Below are positions 20,379 through 30,762 of a stretch of 64,000 bases of DNA, piece after piece. The stretch is from a bacterium. GTDB taxonomy: Bacteria > Zhuqueibacterota > Zhuqueibacteria > Residuimicrobiales > Krinioviventaceae. Each line of letters begins with the position of its first letter. The first letter of the stretch is position 1. A program made the position numbers and the translations under genes. The DNA is taken from contig OY843751.1 in the NCBI GenBank assembly GCA_963693055.1, forward strand, positions 1,248,001 to 1,312,000, given 5' to 3'. The notes beneath the pieces are model-generated. The model saw only the letters and a program-made list of their open reading frames with translations, was not told the DNA's origin and made no database searches.

Positions 20379-20414
20379 GCCCACCTGACGGCGGGCAATC
20401 CCATTGAAATGGGA
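20379..20414. repeat. Paired short palindromes (REP-like)
   Basis: GCCCACC-TGAC-GGCGGGC and TCCCATT-GA-AATGGGA just after the orphan gene; no T-tract. Confidence 0.5.
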
Positions 20415-20465
20415 CATACAGAATAACCAGGTAATCTATAATCTAACCAGAATCGAGATTCTAAC

Positions 20466-23400
20466 ATGGACCGTTATTTATTCGTTTTGTCAAGAAGCAC
20501 AGTCGTATTGTTTATTATTTTTGTATTTATCGTAATTCCCACATGTCTTTTTGCTTTGCCCAATGGTGTGTTTGAATTAGAGACTGAGGTGTTTATTAAA
20601 GACTGGCTCATCTGCGGTCCATTTCCCGGTGACAGTGATGCCGGAGTGGGGATAGAAACGGATTTTTTAACAGAGCATGGCGGTGAAACCGGAATCGTCC
20701 CGACTGTATCTATGCAGCATTCGAGTGCATCTGTTCCGGCCGGTAGTGTCTCCTGGAAGTACGTTAAAGCCGATGATACCGGAAAACTCGATTTTACCCA
20801 GCATTTGGAACCCAATCAAAGGCATGTTGCTTATGCGTCCGCAGTTATTCATTGTACAAAAGAGACCTATGCACTGCTCAAAACCGGCAGCAACGATGGT
20901 TTGAAAATATGGTTCAACGGGCAGCCTGTATATAACAGTCCTGCACCGAGAAGCACCGGTCCGGATGAAGACCACATTCCGGTTGTGCTGAAAAAAGGCG
21001 ACAACCTGCTGCTGGTAAAAGTTGATCAGGTGGGAGGTCGCTGGTGGTTATACGGCCGTTTTGAAGAAATGCGTTCCGTGGGAAATCGTCTCTTTTTTAC
21101 AGAGCCCTTAGTGGCTTCTGTTCCACAGAGTGAATCCCAGACCACTGTAATCGATGTTTTTTCAGTATTGGCAACCAATCCGACAAACAATCCTGTTGGT
21201 CCGGTTTATTTTGATGTCATGGCTGGCAAGGGGAGAATAGCGAACCGTGTAAATTGCGGTACGGTTGAGCCGGGTGAGAGCAAATGGCTCATTGCCGAAT
21301 CTGAAGCGGATGTGTCTGATGGCGGAAAATTCATTGATGCGGAAATTCAGATTTCTTCAGGCAAAGATAAAACCAGCGTGCGCGTAAAGCGGCAACGTCC
21401 CAATCCGCCTCAATATCCTGATCTGCAAGTGTATATTGTTCCGCACTCTCATGCAGACTTGTCTTGGCCGCATACACCGGAGGTCAGCACAAATTTGAAT
21501 GTGCAGGCTGTATCCGAATCTATAAACATCTTGAAAGCGTTGCCGGAATTTAAATTCTCTGAAGAAGATGTATTTGTGTTTGAAGAGTTTCTACGCCGGA
21601 ACCCTGATCGGTTGGAAGAGGTAAGAGACCTATTGAACAAAAATATTCTGGAATGTGGTGGATTCTATTTTGGCCCGAGCGAGCTTTTGTTGGGTGGCGA
21701 AGGCCTGGTGCGAAATATCTATTATGGCAAGCACTGGCTTTTGGATACCTTTGGTATTGATACGGATTTTGCCTGGAACCTGGATGAACCGGGACATACC
21801 CTGCAAATGCCACAGATTTTGACCAAGGCGGGAATCGATAAATTCGTGATTTGGAAAGTGTTGTTAAGACCCGAAAACAATTTGAACGTTACGGGTTATG
21901 TAGGACCGAATATCTTCCGCTGGCAGTCCCCGGATGGATCTGATGTTCTGGTTACCCATTGCCCCGAGGAATACGGTATTGGAAAAATGTTGCGTACCGA
22001 TTCATTCTTTTCGGCATCAAAGCAATTTAGTGATTTTGTACAGCGGGAGATCAAACATAATAACGAGTGGGATCTTCCGCCGGTTATCATGATGGCGGAT
22101 GGCTCGGACTGTACAATTCCTGATCCACGTGTCGGGCAAAACGCTAGGCTGTGGAACCAGATGTACCGTTTCCCGAATGTAAAAATTGGGTCTGTTGCCC
22201 AATATTTTGATGCCGTTGAAAATGCAGTTGAGCAAGGCAAGGGTACAATTCAAACCATAAACGGTGAATTCCCCTGCTGGTGGGCCGGCACTCAGTCCGT
22301 TGAAAATGATGCGTTTATGCTATCAAGACGCGCCGAAGCCATAGTGACAGCTGCCGAAAAATTCTCTACTGTCAATGATTTGCTTTTTCCGGATTACGAG
22401 TATCCCCAATATGCCATTGAGAATGTATGGAAGGGCAAGCTTTGGGTACATGAGCACAACTGGGGCGGTACAGACGGTGATATCAGCGATGCAATAAAGC
22501 TTGCCAGAAGCAGGGAAACCTATCGTCTTGCAGATGATCTGCATAAAAACACGCTCGGTACTCTGGTCTCCAATATTCGATACAAAGATCTGGGAATTCC
22601 GCTGGTAATATTTAACAGCCTGACCTGGGACCGTACAGATATTGTTGATGAGATTGTTGCAGTGGATGAAAAAGGCATCACTGAGCTCTGTTTGCTGGAT
22701 GGTTCGGGAAAAGAGGTCCCCGTGCAAACAAACGTGTTGGCTGAAAATAAAGATGGTAGTATTGCCCGAGCGCAGGTTGTATTTGAAGCGAGTGTACCAT
22801 CAATGGGTTACGCAACTTATTATCTTGCTCCGGGAGCAAACCATAGCAGGTCAGAGCTCATTGCGAATGAAACGATTTTGGAGAATGGATATTTCCAAGT
22901 CAGCATTGATCCCGAATCTGGTGGAATTTCCAGTATTTATGATAAGCAAAATGAGACTGAAATTCTCGACACATCCGTATACAAGGGCAATGAACTCATT
23001 GCGCTGGAGAATTTTGGTGTGGATGAAGGTGAAGAATTCAGCGACAACTGGTGGAGAATGAGCGAGGATCCGGTAACGGTGACGCTGGTCGAGTCCGGCC
23101 CCATCCGGGCAACATTACGCATTGCCGGTAAAATTTTAAATTCCAGTTGGGAACAGGACATTTCTCTGTATGCCGGCTTACCCAAGATTGATATAAAAAC
23201 AATATTGGACTGGGACGGGCAAAAAGAAATTCAGATCAATTCCACATTCCCGTTTAGCCTTGAAAATCCCAGGCTCACTTATGAAGTCCCATTTAGTCAG
23301 GTTGAATATGGCGATGAGAGTCCTGCGGCAATGGCGAGCCATCCCACAGTGAGGGCCACCAATAACTGGATCAATTTATCAAATACGGATATGGGAATAA

Positions 23401-24050
23401 CCCTTGCTACTGAAGTAACCCCATTTGATTGTAAAGATCGAAGGGATCCGCGTTTTCATGATGCCAGAGTGATCAAGGGAGAATGGGAAAAAAGTCGTTT
23501 TTCAATATACAACGGGGAAGACTATACTGTACACAAGCGGATTGCACTGCAAGATCCTGTGTTATTGGAAACGGATTTTGTAATCCAGCCTATTCTTTTG
23601 CGAAGCGTGTTTAGTTGTGGTGATCCTAATCTCTTTTTTACCCAGGAAGGCAAACATGATTATCGGTTTGCAATTACGACACATAATGGCTCCTTGATCT
23701 CGCATGATGCAGTGCGGTTTGGTTGGGAACACAATACCCCGTTTTGGGTAGAGCGTGGCAAAGCATCAGCAGGTAACCTGTCAGATTCAGATACTTTTAT
23801 AAATATTTCTTCACCGAATGTTTTAGTGTCCATAATCAAGAAAGCGGAGGATGGCAATGGTTATGTTTTACGATGTTATGAGACAGACGGAAAAGATACG
23901 AATGTTACGTTGACGTTTAACACATTATTAAAATCAGCAGAACATACCAATATTATTGAACAGCATGGAGAACCCGTCAGGATTAAAGATGGCAAACTGG
24001 ATTTCCATATAGGGCATCACGCTATTGAAACATTTAGATTGTTTTTTTGA
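20466..24050 (+). CDS. GH38-family (alpha-mannosidase-like) glycoside hydrolase with N-terminal PA14-like domain
   Basis: 'PHSHADLSW' Zn motif, 'AWNLDEPGH' nucleophile region, 'FRWQSPDGS', 'KKAEDGNG..LRCYE'; N-terminal 'GSNDGLKIWFNG'. Confidence 0.85.
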   Translation: MDRYLFVLSRSTVVLFIIFVFIVIPTCLFALPNGVFELETEVFIKDWLICGPFPGDSDAGVGIETDFLTEHGGETGIVPTVSMQHSSASVPAGSVSWKYVKADDTGKLDFTQHLEPNQRHVAYASAVIHCTKETYALLKTGSNDGLKIWFNGQPVYNSPAPRSTGPDEDHIPVVLKKGDNLLLVKVDQVGGRWWLYGRFEEMRSVGNRLFFTEPLVASVPQSESQTTVIDVFSVLATNPTNNPVGPVYFDVMAGKGRIANRVNCGTVEPGESKWLIAESEADVSDGGKFIDAEIQISSGKDKTSVRVKRQRPNPPQYPDLQVYIVPHSHADLSWPHTPEVSTNLNVQAVSESINILKALPEFKFSEEDVFVFEEFLRRNPDRLEEVRDLLNKNILECGGFYFGPSELLLGGEGLVRNIYYGKHWLLDTFGIDTDFAWNLDEPGHTLQMPQILTKAGIDKFVIWKVLLRPENNLNVTGYVGPNIFRWQSPDGSDVLVTHCPEEYGIGKMLRTDSFFSASKQFSDFVQREIKHNNEWDLPPVIMMADGSDCTIPDPRVGQNARLWNQMYRFPNVKIGSVAQYFDAVENAVEQGKGTIQTINGEFPCWWAGTQSVENDAFMLSRRAEAIVTAAEKFSTVNDLLFPDYEYPQYAIENVWKGKLWVHEHNWGGTDGDISDAIKLARSRETYRLADDLHKNTLGTLVSNIRYKDLGIPLVIFNSLTWDRTDIVDEIVAVDEKGITELCLLDGSGKEVPVQTNVLAENKDGSIARAQVVFEASVPSMGYATYYLAPGANHSRSELIANETILENGYFQVSIDPESGGISSIYDKQNETEILDTSVYKGNELIALENFGVDEGEEFSDNWWRMSEDPVTVTLVESGPIRATLRIAGKILNSSWEQDISLYAGLPKIDIKTILDWDGQKEIQINSTFPFSLENPRLTYEVPFSQVEYGDESPAAMASHPTVRATNNWINLSNTDMGITLATEVTPFDCKDRRDPRFHDARVIKGEWEKSRFSIYNGEDYTVHKRIALQDPVLLETDFVIQPILLRSVFSCGDPNLFFTQEGKHDYRFAITTHNGSLISHDAVRFGWEHNTPFWVERGKASAGNLSDSDTFINISSPNVLVSIIKKAEDGNGYVLRCYETDGKDTNVTLTFNTLLKSAEHTNIIEQHGEPVRIKDGKLDFHIGHHAIETFRLFF

Positions 24051-24147
24051 TGTGAATTGATAATTGTAAATAATGATTTCATATTTTGAAATTATGTCAG
24101 CAAATAAAAATACTCAAAATCGAACAAAAAACACGAGGAAAGCGGAA

Positions 24148-26319
24148 ATGAAAAGAATGAGTATAGTTGTGACACTGTTGTTGGTATTATTGTTTCAAAT
24201 GACACTGGCGAAAGATAAAGCTGATTATCCGATTGGAAAGCCCGGAACCAGTTTGAAATATACTTTGAAAGCAGATGGAATACAAACGTCGAATGTAAAG
24301 AATGTTGAATTAACTGCTGGTGATGTAATTGAAAAGCAGGGTGCAAAAGTACAATGGCTTCAATTGCGTGCTCAAAAAGTGAATCATGAGACATTTTCAG
24401 TATACTTGCTTGCCAAATCTTATCCTTCTGCATCTTTGGAACAAGCGGAAACAGAGGTTGTGAGATATATTGTTTCCATTCCCGGCAAAGATGCCATTGA
24501 ATTTTTGGATCAGAATAGTGGAGCTGCCATTCTGCCCAATACCGGTGCGTGGAAATTTCTTTTCCCCGGTCTTGTGAACAATGTGAATCCTTTTGAAGGC
24601 AAGGTTAAAAAAATAAAATACCTGGGACTCGAGTATGTACTTGATAGTAAAAAGAAGACAGACATACCGTCAATTCCTGAATCATGTAAGAAAATAGAGC
24701 TGACTCCCGATCTGCTTATTGGAGTTCCTCATAATAAAAAAGTAAAAAATGAAACCCGACGGTATGATGAATCCGATTACGAGTATATAGAACTCACAAA
24801 GGACAATTATTTTGAAATGATTGATCATGGCATGAATGTGTTTAATGTGAATGCAGAGCAGGTTAAATGGATAGAGAATGAAAATGTCTATTATTGGGGA
24901 ATAGGTGGTAAAGATATTGATTATCCCGAACATCTTTACAAGAGCAACTATGTAGGACCTGCTATTTTCTTTGATGAGCCCATGGTGCATGTACGTGATT
25001 ATATCATTAAACCCAAATTCAGAGAGAATCCTGAATTACGCAAAAGCATTACACCTGAATACTATTTTCAGGAATTTAAACAAGAATACCATGAAGCAAA
25101 ATATGAACGCTCAACCGTGTATTTGATAAAAGGATTAAAAGACCGTAATGATATAGACCTGGGTGATATGGATTTTTTACAGCAGAATGTCTATTCCTGG
25201 GAAACCATGATCAGTTCTGCCATATATCAATTGACTGAAGGGGACCCGACAACTCCCGCCGCAATTGTATTTGAACCTCCCGGTCGTCTTGGTGCAAGAC
25301 GTGTATTGCCTGAGCTGAACATGTGTTTTGACTGCCAGATACCTACGGATGATCCCAAGAATATGATTGGTATGATCAAGGGATTTGCCCGGGGTGCTGC
25401 CAGAGTTGCCGACAAAGAATGGGGAATTAGTATCTATGGACAGGTAATTCGTTCGGAAGCCTATTGGTACATGACGCATGCGTATGATCAGGGCGCCACC
25501 CGCTTCTTTTACTGGGATTCTTATCAACTCGCTGCTGTTCCGTATAGTGAGTATTTGTCGCTTTCCAAAAACCTGAGAGAATATGCGAAGAACTTTCCTC
25601 GCAAGGATGTGGAAAAGCTTAGATATGATGCAGAGGTCGCCATAGTAATACCAACAGGATACAATCTGGGGCATGTCAAGATGGGTATTGGGAATTTTAG
25701 TGGTATGGGCGAAATGAACATGGAACGCAAAAATGAATTTGGCATAAAATACCGTGATGTGATGAATAATTTTTATACCGAGGTTGAGCGCTGCATCCGG
25801 TTGGGAATTGAATATGATCTGTTTTGGGGAATAGACGGACTCGAGTTGGAGGGATACCGCGAAATTGTAACCATACGTAAAGACGGTAAAGTTGAAATCG
25901 TTCAAAATGGAAATTCTCATATATTGGATTCTGCCAGAACACCTGAACGACCTGCCGGTGATGCACCGGAACTGGTTGTTGATATCGATCAGACGGGTAC
26001 CAGTGCGCCTGGTACTATAACGGCACGAGCAAATGTAAAACAAGGCTCTGCACCTGTGTATTATACCCAGGGTGCAAATAAAGAAGGGATTTACAGAAAT
26101 ACCTATGTTTTGTGGGAACTGTATGGTCCGGGTGAAGAAGATTATACGGATTTCTGGAATGAAAGATGGGATGTAGATGTGTCTGAAAAAGATGATGCGG
26201 CAACTGTAGAGATAAAATTTACCCTTGATAAACCGGGAAGTTATCGGCTACGCGTATCAGCTTGTGATGTGGCGGGCAGAAGTTCAGTTGTTTGGAAAAA
26301 TATAACTGTTGCAGAATAG
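24148..26319 (+). CDS. Secreted hypothetical protein, possible uncharacterised CAZyme
   Basis: Signal peptide MKRMSIVV...TLA; 'FFDEP'; C-terminal Ig-like segment; follows the GH38 gene. Confidence 0.6.
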   Translation: MKRMSIVVTLLLVLLFQMTLAKDKADYPIGKPGTSLKYTLKADGIQTSNVKNVELTAGDVIEKQGAKVQWLQLRAQKVNHETFSVYLLAKSYPSASLEQAETEVVRYIVSIPGKDAIEFLDQNSGAAILPNTGAWKFLFPGLVNNVNPFEGKVKKIKYLGLEYVLDSKKKTDIPSIPESCKKIELTPDLLIGVPHNKKVKNETRRYDESDYEYIELTKDNYFEMIDHGMNVFNVNAEQVKWIENENVYYWGIGGKDIDYPEHLYKSNYVGPAIFFDEPMVHVRDYIIKPKFRENPELRKSITPEYYFQEFKQEYHEAKYERSTVYLIKGLKDRNDIDLGDMDFLQQNVYSWETMISSAIYQLTEGDPTTPAAIVFEPPGRLGARRVLPELNMCFDCQIPTDDPKNMIGMIKGFARGAARVADKEWGISIYGQVIRSEAYWYMTHAYDQGATRFFYWDSYQLAAVPYSEYLSLSKNLREYAKNFPRKDVEKLRYDAEVAIVIPTGYNLGHVKMGIGNFSGMGEMNMERKNEFGIKYRDVMNNFYTEVERCIRLGIEYDLFWGIDGLELEGYREIVTIRKDGKVEIVQNGNSHILDSARTPERPAGDAPELVVDIDQTGTSAPGTITARANVKQGSAPVYYTQGANKEGIYRNTYVLWELYGPGEEDYTDFWNERWDVDVSEKDDAATVEIKFTLDKPGSYRLRVSACDVAGRSSVVWKNITVAE

Positions 26320-26424
26320 CAGCCATTAGATTTGAATGATAACATCTGGAATGGAATTGAAATGAAAAAAAATATATATACGAGTTGATGGAATAGATAT
26401 TATTTTTTTAAATTCGGGTTTATT

Positions 26425-27174
26425 ATGAAGCTTTCTAGTCTGGATTTGAAATCCAGGAAAAATATCGAAAAAATAGCCATGCTTACGGCATATACAACAC
26501 CGGTCGCCAAATGTTTGGAGGCGGCCGGAATTCCGGTCATTCTGGTAGGAGATACAGTTGGCATGGTTGAGATGGGATTTGGCTCTACCCAATCGGTTAC
26601 GATTGACCATATGAAATATCATGTGTCTGCTGTGCGACGAGGGGCTCCCCATACCCATATCATTGGGGATATGCCCTATAAAAGCGATACGGATCAGGAA
26701 ACTGCATTAGATAGTGCAAAGCAACTATTGGATGCAGGTGCCGACAGTGTCAAACTGGAAGGCCCCAAATATGAAATAATCGAATATTTGGTCAGTCATG
26801 AAATTCCGGTTGTTGGTCATACAGGTCTAACACCGCAAACCGCACAGAATTTCAAGCAAGTGGGGAAGAATGAACAGGAAGCATCCCGAATATTGACAGA
26901 ATCACAGGGCATTGCCAATGCAGGGGCGTTTATGATAGTCCTGGAACATATCCCAAGTGAATTGGGTGACAATGTGACCCGCCAGATATCTATTCCTACC
27001 ATAGGTATTGGAGCGGGACCTGGTTGTGATGGGCAGGTTCTGGTTATAAATGACATGATTGGGCTTGATGATACCTGGCCGCCGTTTTCAAAACAATATG
27101 CGCATGTGAGTGATATTATTCACAAAGCAGCCAGCCAGTATAAAGATGAGGTGGAAAGGAACAGTTTTCCGTAG
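26425..27174 (+). CDS. panB: 3-methyl-2-oxobutanoate hydroxymethyltransferase
   Basis: 'MLTAY', 'ILVGD', 'VKLEG', 'GHTGLTPQ', 'IGIGAG.CDGQVLV'. Confidence 0.95.
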   Translation: MKLSSLDLKSRKNIEKIAMLTAYTTPVAKCLEAAGIPVILVGDTVGMVEMGFGSTQSVTIDHMKYHVSAVRRGAPHTHIIGDMPYKSDTDQETALDSAKQLLDAGADSVKLEGPKYEIIEYLVSHEIPVVGHTGLTPQTAQNFKQVGKNEQEASRILTESQGIANAGAFMIVLEHIPSELGDNVTRQISIPTIGIGAGPGCDGQVLVINDMIGLDDTWPPFSKQYAHVSDIIHKAASQYKDEVERNSFP

Positions 27175-27222
27175 CGTCTTGGTGTTGTGAAAAACGATTG
27201 ACAAGCAAAGTCAGTTAATAAA

Positions 27223-27258
27223 ATCCTTCTCCTTCGTCAACAGGCGAAGGAAAAGGAT
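27223..27258. other. Hairpin after panB (terminator or REP-like)
   Basis: ATCCTTCTCCTTCG...CGAAGGAAAAGGAT inverted repeat with a poor T-tract. Confidence 0.45.
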
Positions 27259-27333
27259 CTTAATCTCGGGGTAAACCATTCGTTGGATTTTGAATAAATT
27301 CTGAGTAGATGTGTACAAAAATAGGGGTGTACA

Positions 27334-28032
27334 ATGAAGCAGAATATCGATGTGGTATTGGAAAATCATTCGTTGAAATCAATGTTTAAATCAATGGGGC
27401 TTGATCTTGCCGTTGTTTTTGATGAAATTCCGGATGATCTTGAGCGTGAAAATGTAATGCTGCAGTATTTGTTGTCATGGGTAAACGTATATCAGGAATG
27501 TAAGAACCGAAAAGAGATGGAAGTGAAGGGATTCATTTTTCCACCAATTTCCTCTGGTTTAGATTTTGAAAATGATTGGTACCGGTTTGAGTGTTGGATT
27601 GAAAATAAAAAATTAACATTTACAATTCGTGAACGATTGTTGGATTTTAATTATATAACCAAAAATGTTGAGGAATTGTCGTATGATGATTTGATACATG
27701 AATTAAATTTATTGTACGAGTTGCTGAAATTTTCAAATATAGTTGTTGACAATACTAATGATGTTCCTCCTCAACTTGTTTATCAATATATATTGTCAAG
27801 TTTTGATGATGAATTTGATGTAATTGTTGATGGGTATTGGCATCTTGATGGGTGCAGCGGTTTTTGTCCGGGGTGTTTTCAACGTCCATGGTGTGAGCTA
27901 GGTATATGTTCGTGTTGGCGGGAGGATGAAGAACAGGGTGATATGGTGATTGAAAAGCTGGCAAGAAAATTTGTGAGCCCAAGCCCAATTTCTTTGGAAT
28001 TATTACAAAAAAGTCAGGCACAAAAAGAGTAG
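27334..28032 (+). CDS. Hypothetical acidic protein with C-terminal Cys cluster
   Basis: 232-aa ORF with RBS; 'GCSGFCPGCFQRPWCELGICSC'. Confidence 0.65.
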   Translation: MKQNIDVVLENHSLKSMFKSMGLDLAVVFDEIPDDLERENVMLQYLLSWVNVYQECKNRKEMEVKGFIFPPISSGLDFENDWYRFECWIENKKLTFTIRERLLDFNYITKNVEELSYDDLIHELNLLYELLKFSNIVVDNTNDVPPQLVYQYILSSFDDEFDVIVDGYWHLDGCSGFCPGCFQRPWCELGICSCWREDEEQGDMVIEKLARKFVSPSPISLELLQKSQAQKE

Positions 28033-28115
28033 GAAATAGAAGCCTTTTTGAATGATCGTAATGATTCAATGGAGCCCTGTTTTTAAATTAAAAGAAGTGA
28101 AAAAAAATAAAGGTT

Positions 28116-28496
28116 ATGATGGTGAGAAAGAGAAAGATTAACAGCGCGCATGTTTTGGCTGCCTTTATAGTCATTGCTTTGGGCATAGTATTTATCCAGT
28201 TTAAAAGTGATGTAATTGTAATCAGCCATATTAAAGGTTCATACACCGGGGACCAATTCAAGATTCGGTTTACGGCAAAAAACAATTCAAACAAAACCGT
28301 TTATTGTACCTTTTTACTCAAAGCAGTTGAAGCTTCAACAAATTATGATAAGCAACATTCAATTTTAGGAAACAAGATAATAACTGTACATTTTTATCCC
28401 AATGAAACACTCGAGATCAAAGAAAGTTTTGAAATTGTATCAACATATAAAAGAAAAAGTGCACAGGTTTTTATACAAAAAATAAGCTATGATTAG
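28116..28496 (+). CDS. Hypothetical single-TM protein
   Basis: N-terminal TM helix then beta-rich domain; AT-rich. Confidence 0.5.
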   Translation: MMVRKRKINSAHVLAAFIVIALGIVFIQFKSDVIVISHIKGSYTGDQFKIRFTAKNNSNKTVYCTFLLKAVEASTNYDKQHSILGNKIITVHFYPNETLEIKESFEIVSTYKRKSAQVFIQKISYD

Positions 28497-28616
28497 CTAT
28501 AGGGGGATCAACAATCACCAATTGCTTGTTTTGGAACATTTTTTTTATATATTAGTTGTATTCAGTTACTTGTGTAATATCTGTAAACCTTTCAGGTTAA
28601 AAATATCCGGGTGGTT

Positions 28617-30014
28617 ATGAATCCAATTGTATTAAAATTTCATATCCGTGCGATCCGTAATTATATCCGTTCCCGACTGGACTGGATAACCGTAATAGAA
28701 ATCTTGTTGTTTGGCGGATTTCTCGTCTATTATGTACTGGGCTCTTTGCATGCTCAGTTTGAGAATGTACTACTCAAACAGGGAGTAGGGGCTGCATGGA
28801 ACGCTTTTTATCGCAATCAGGCAATAGCGTTGTTGATATTTCTACCCAGTGGAATGGCCTTTGCCCGCAAACAACTAGCCAGTCCCGGCCATCAGGTTCT
28901 TTTAGTTATGCCAATGACCATGTATCGGGCTTGCTCTACAATTGTTGACCAGATTTTGTTCAGTTGGGCACTTTTATTACCGATATGGATTGGATTTCTA
29001 TTCAGTTTTATATTTCAGGTACAAACGGATACTGTCGAGTTTATAACCATAATTGTTTACCATACGCTGATTTTTTTGAGTCCTGTGTTGCTGGGGATGT
29101 TTATCTGGACTGCCTGGAAATCCACAAGATTAAAACACGGAGTGCTGCGCTGGTTCAATACCCTTGTTTTGATCTCGGTGCTAACAGCGATTGTATTGTT
29201 GAGTGCCTACAATCACAAAATGCACCATTGGATAGTGCATACACTGATCACATTGGGCTTGTTGGTACTGTCGCGTTCACTGATCATTCATCAACTCGTG
29301 AATTTATATACTGAAATCCCGGACAAGCTCATATCTCAAAAATGGAATATTTATTGGCCCTTTATGTTCTGGATACGCGTATACATGTTTTTTACACCAA
29401 AAGGCATTCGTCCGTTTGTGCGCAAAGACACGTTATACATACTTCGACGATACAAAGTTTATGCATTGATGGTCCCGGCATTTATGATAGCAATTGTTGC
29501 TGGCATCTTTCATGTAAAAACCTTTGATGAAGCCATGCAATGGATGCTGTCCATATCCATCGCATCCGGGTATGTATTTGCAAATATGGCTTTCCGGTTC
29601 AGCGACCAGGGCTGCGAGTTGTTATTTGTTGTGCGTTCACAGCCTGTTTCCATGAAACGATACTGGTTTGCCAAGTTTTGGGATGCTTTGCTGCCAGTTA
29701 TCTGGATCACCGGGGTGGGAAGTATTGCGATGTTCTTGATACCCGATTTTAATCTGGTTATTTATTTACGAATACTATTAGCAGCAGTTTTTATTAATGT
29801 TACGTTGGTTTTTGTTCAAACCAACTTTGCGCTATATTCTTATCCCTATACCCGTTACGCCAGTATGTGGTATAATTTGTATCTGATAATGGGAGTTTTG
29901 TTTTTTACTATACTGTTGTTTCCACCGCTTTCAATAGCCTTTTGGCTATTTGGTTATTTTGCAATTTTTAGAGTGCTTAAACAGCTCAAACAAACGGATG
30001 TGCTTTATGATTAA
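28617..30014 (+). CDS. Putative ABC exporter permease
   Basis: Many TM helices, 'FVRKD..YILR', 'VRSQPVSMKRYWFAK'; overlaps the ATPase start. Confidence 0.7.
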   Translation: MNPIVLKFHIRAIRNYIRSRLDWITVIEILLFGGFLVYYVLGSLHAQFENVLLKQGVGAAWNAFYRNQAIALLIFLPSGMAFARKQLASPGHQVLLVMPMTMYRACSTIVDQILFSWALLLPIWIGFLFSFIFQVQTDTVEFITIIVYHTLIFLSPVLLGMFIWTAWKSTRLKHGVLRWFNTLVLISVLTAIVLLSAYNHKMHHWIVHTLITLGLLVLSRSLIIHQLVNLYTEIPDKLISQKWNIYWPFMFWIRVYMFFTPKGIRPFVRKDTLYILRRYKVYALMVPAFMIAIVAGIFHVKTFDEAMQWMLSISIASGYVFANMAFRFSDQGCELLFVVRSQPVSMKRYWFAKFWDALLPVIWITGVGSIAMFLIPDFNLVIYLRILLAAVFINVTLVFVQTNFALYSYPYTRYASMWYNLYLIMGVLFFTILLFPPLSIAFWLFGYFAIFRVLKQLKQTDVLYD

Positions 30015-30732
30015 AATTCAAAATCTGTCAAAAAAATATGATCGTACCCAGGCTTTGGATGATTTTTCATTGTCCATTGGCAGGGGAGAGTTTTGGGGAC
30101 TCATTGGTCCCAATGGAGCAGGTAAAACGACGTTGTACAAGAGTTTGTTGGGATTATTAACCATTGACAACGGAACCATTATTATTGACGGAAAAAAAGT
30201 TGATAAACATCCCGAGCATGTAAAAAAAATAATAGGATATGCAGCCGAACCACCGGTATTGTACGAATATCTTACCGGACCAGAGTTTCTCGAGTTTACC
30301 GGAACGTTGAATGGTATTGAAAAGAATGAATTGATACCAAAAATCAACCATTTATTAAAAGATTTTGACCTGGAATTCAAGAGCAAAGATCCGATTGCTG
30401 ATTATTCTCATGGTATGCGTAAAAAAATATCATTGGCTGCTGCCTTTCTCAAGGAACCCTCAATATTGTTGTTGGACGAGCCAACAAACGGTTTGGACGC
30501 TGAAAGCATTTACAATTTAAAGAACCATTTGTTGTCTTTTCGGGATAAAGGTGTTACATTGCTCTTGTCGTCTCATATCATTGATACAGTTGAAAAATTG
30601 TGCAGCCATGTTGCTATAATCAACAAGGGACGAATCATTTATAAAGATACAATTGATAATATTTATAACGCGCTGGGTCCCGGTGAGACACTGGAGACTT
30701 TATTAATTCGTATATTAAAAGAATTCGAATAA
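30007..30732 (+). CDS. ABC transporter ATP-binding protein
   Basis: Walker A GPNGAGKTT, signature YSHGM, Walker B LLLDEPTNGLD. Confidence 0.95.
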   Translation: MIKIQNLSKKYDRTQALDDFSLSIGRGEFWGLIGPNGAGKTTLYKSLLGLLTIDNGTIIIDGKKVDKHPEHVKKIIGYAAEPPVLYEYLTGPEFLEFTGTLNGIEKNELIPKINHLLKDFDLEFKSKDPIADYSHGMRKKISLAAAFLKEPSILLLDEPTNGLDAESIYNLKNHLLSFRDKGVTLLLSSHIIDTVEKLCSHVAIINKGRIIYKDTIDNIYNALGPGETLETLLIRILKEFE

Positions 30733-30762
30733 ATTACGGTATGATATTTTACAGGAAGTTTT

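Noticed and set aside
25177-26043. 288-aa antisense ORF
   Set aside because: Lies wholly opposite a longer gene with a signal peptide; no recognisable motifs; a shadow ORF like the other short overlapping ORFs in the track
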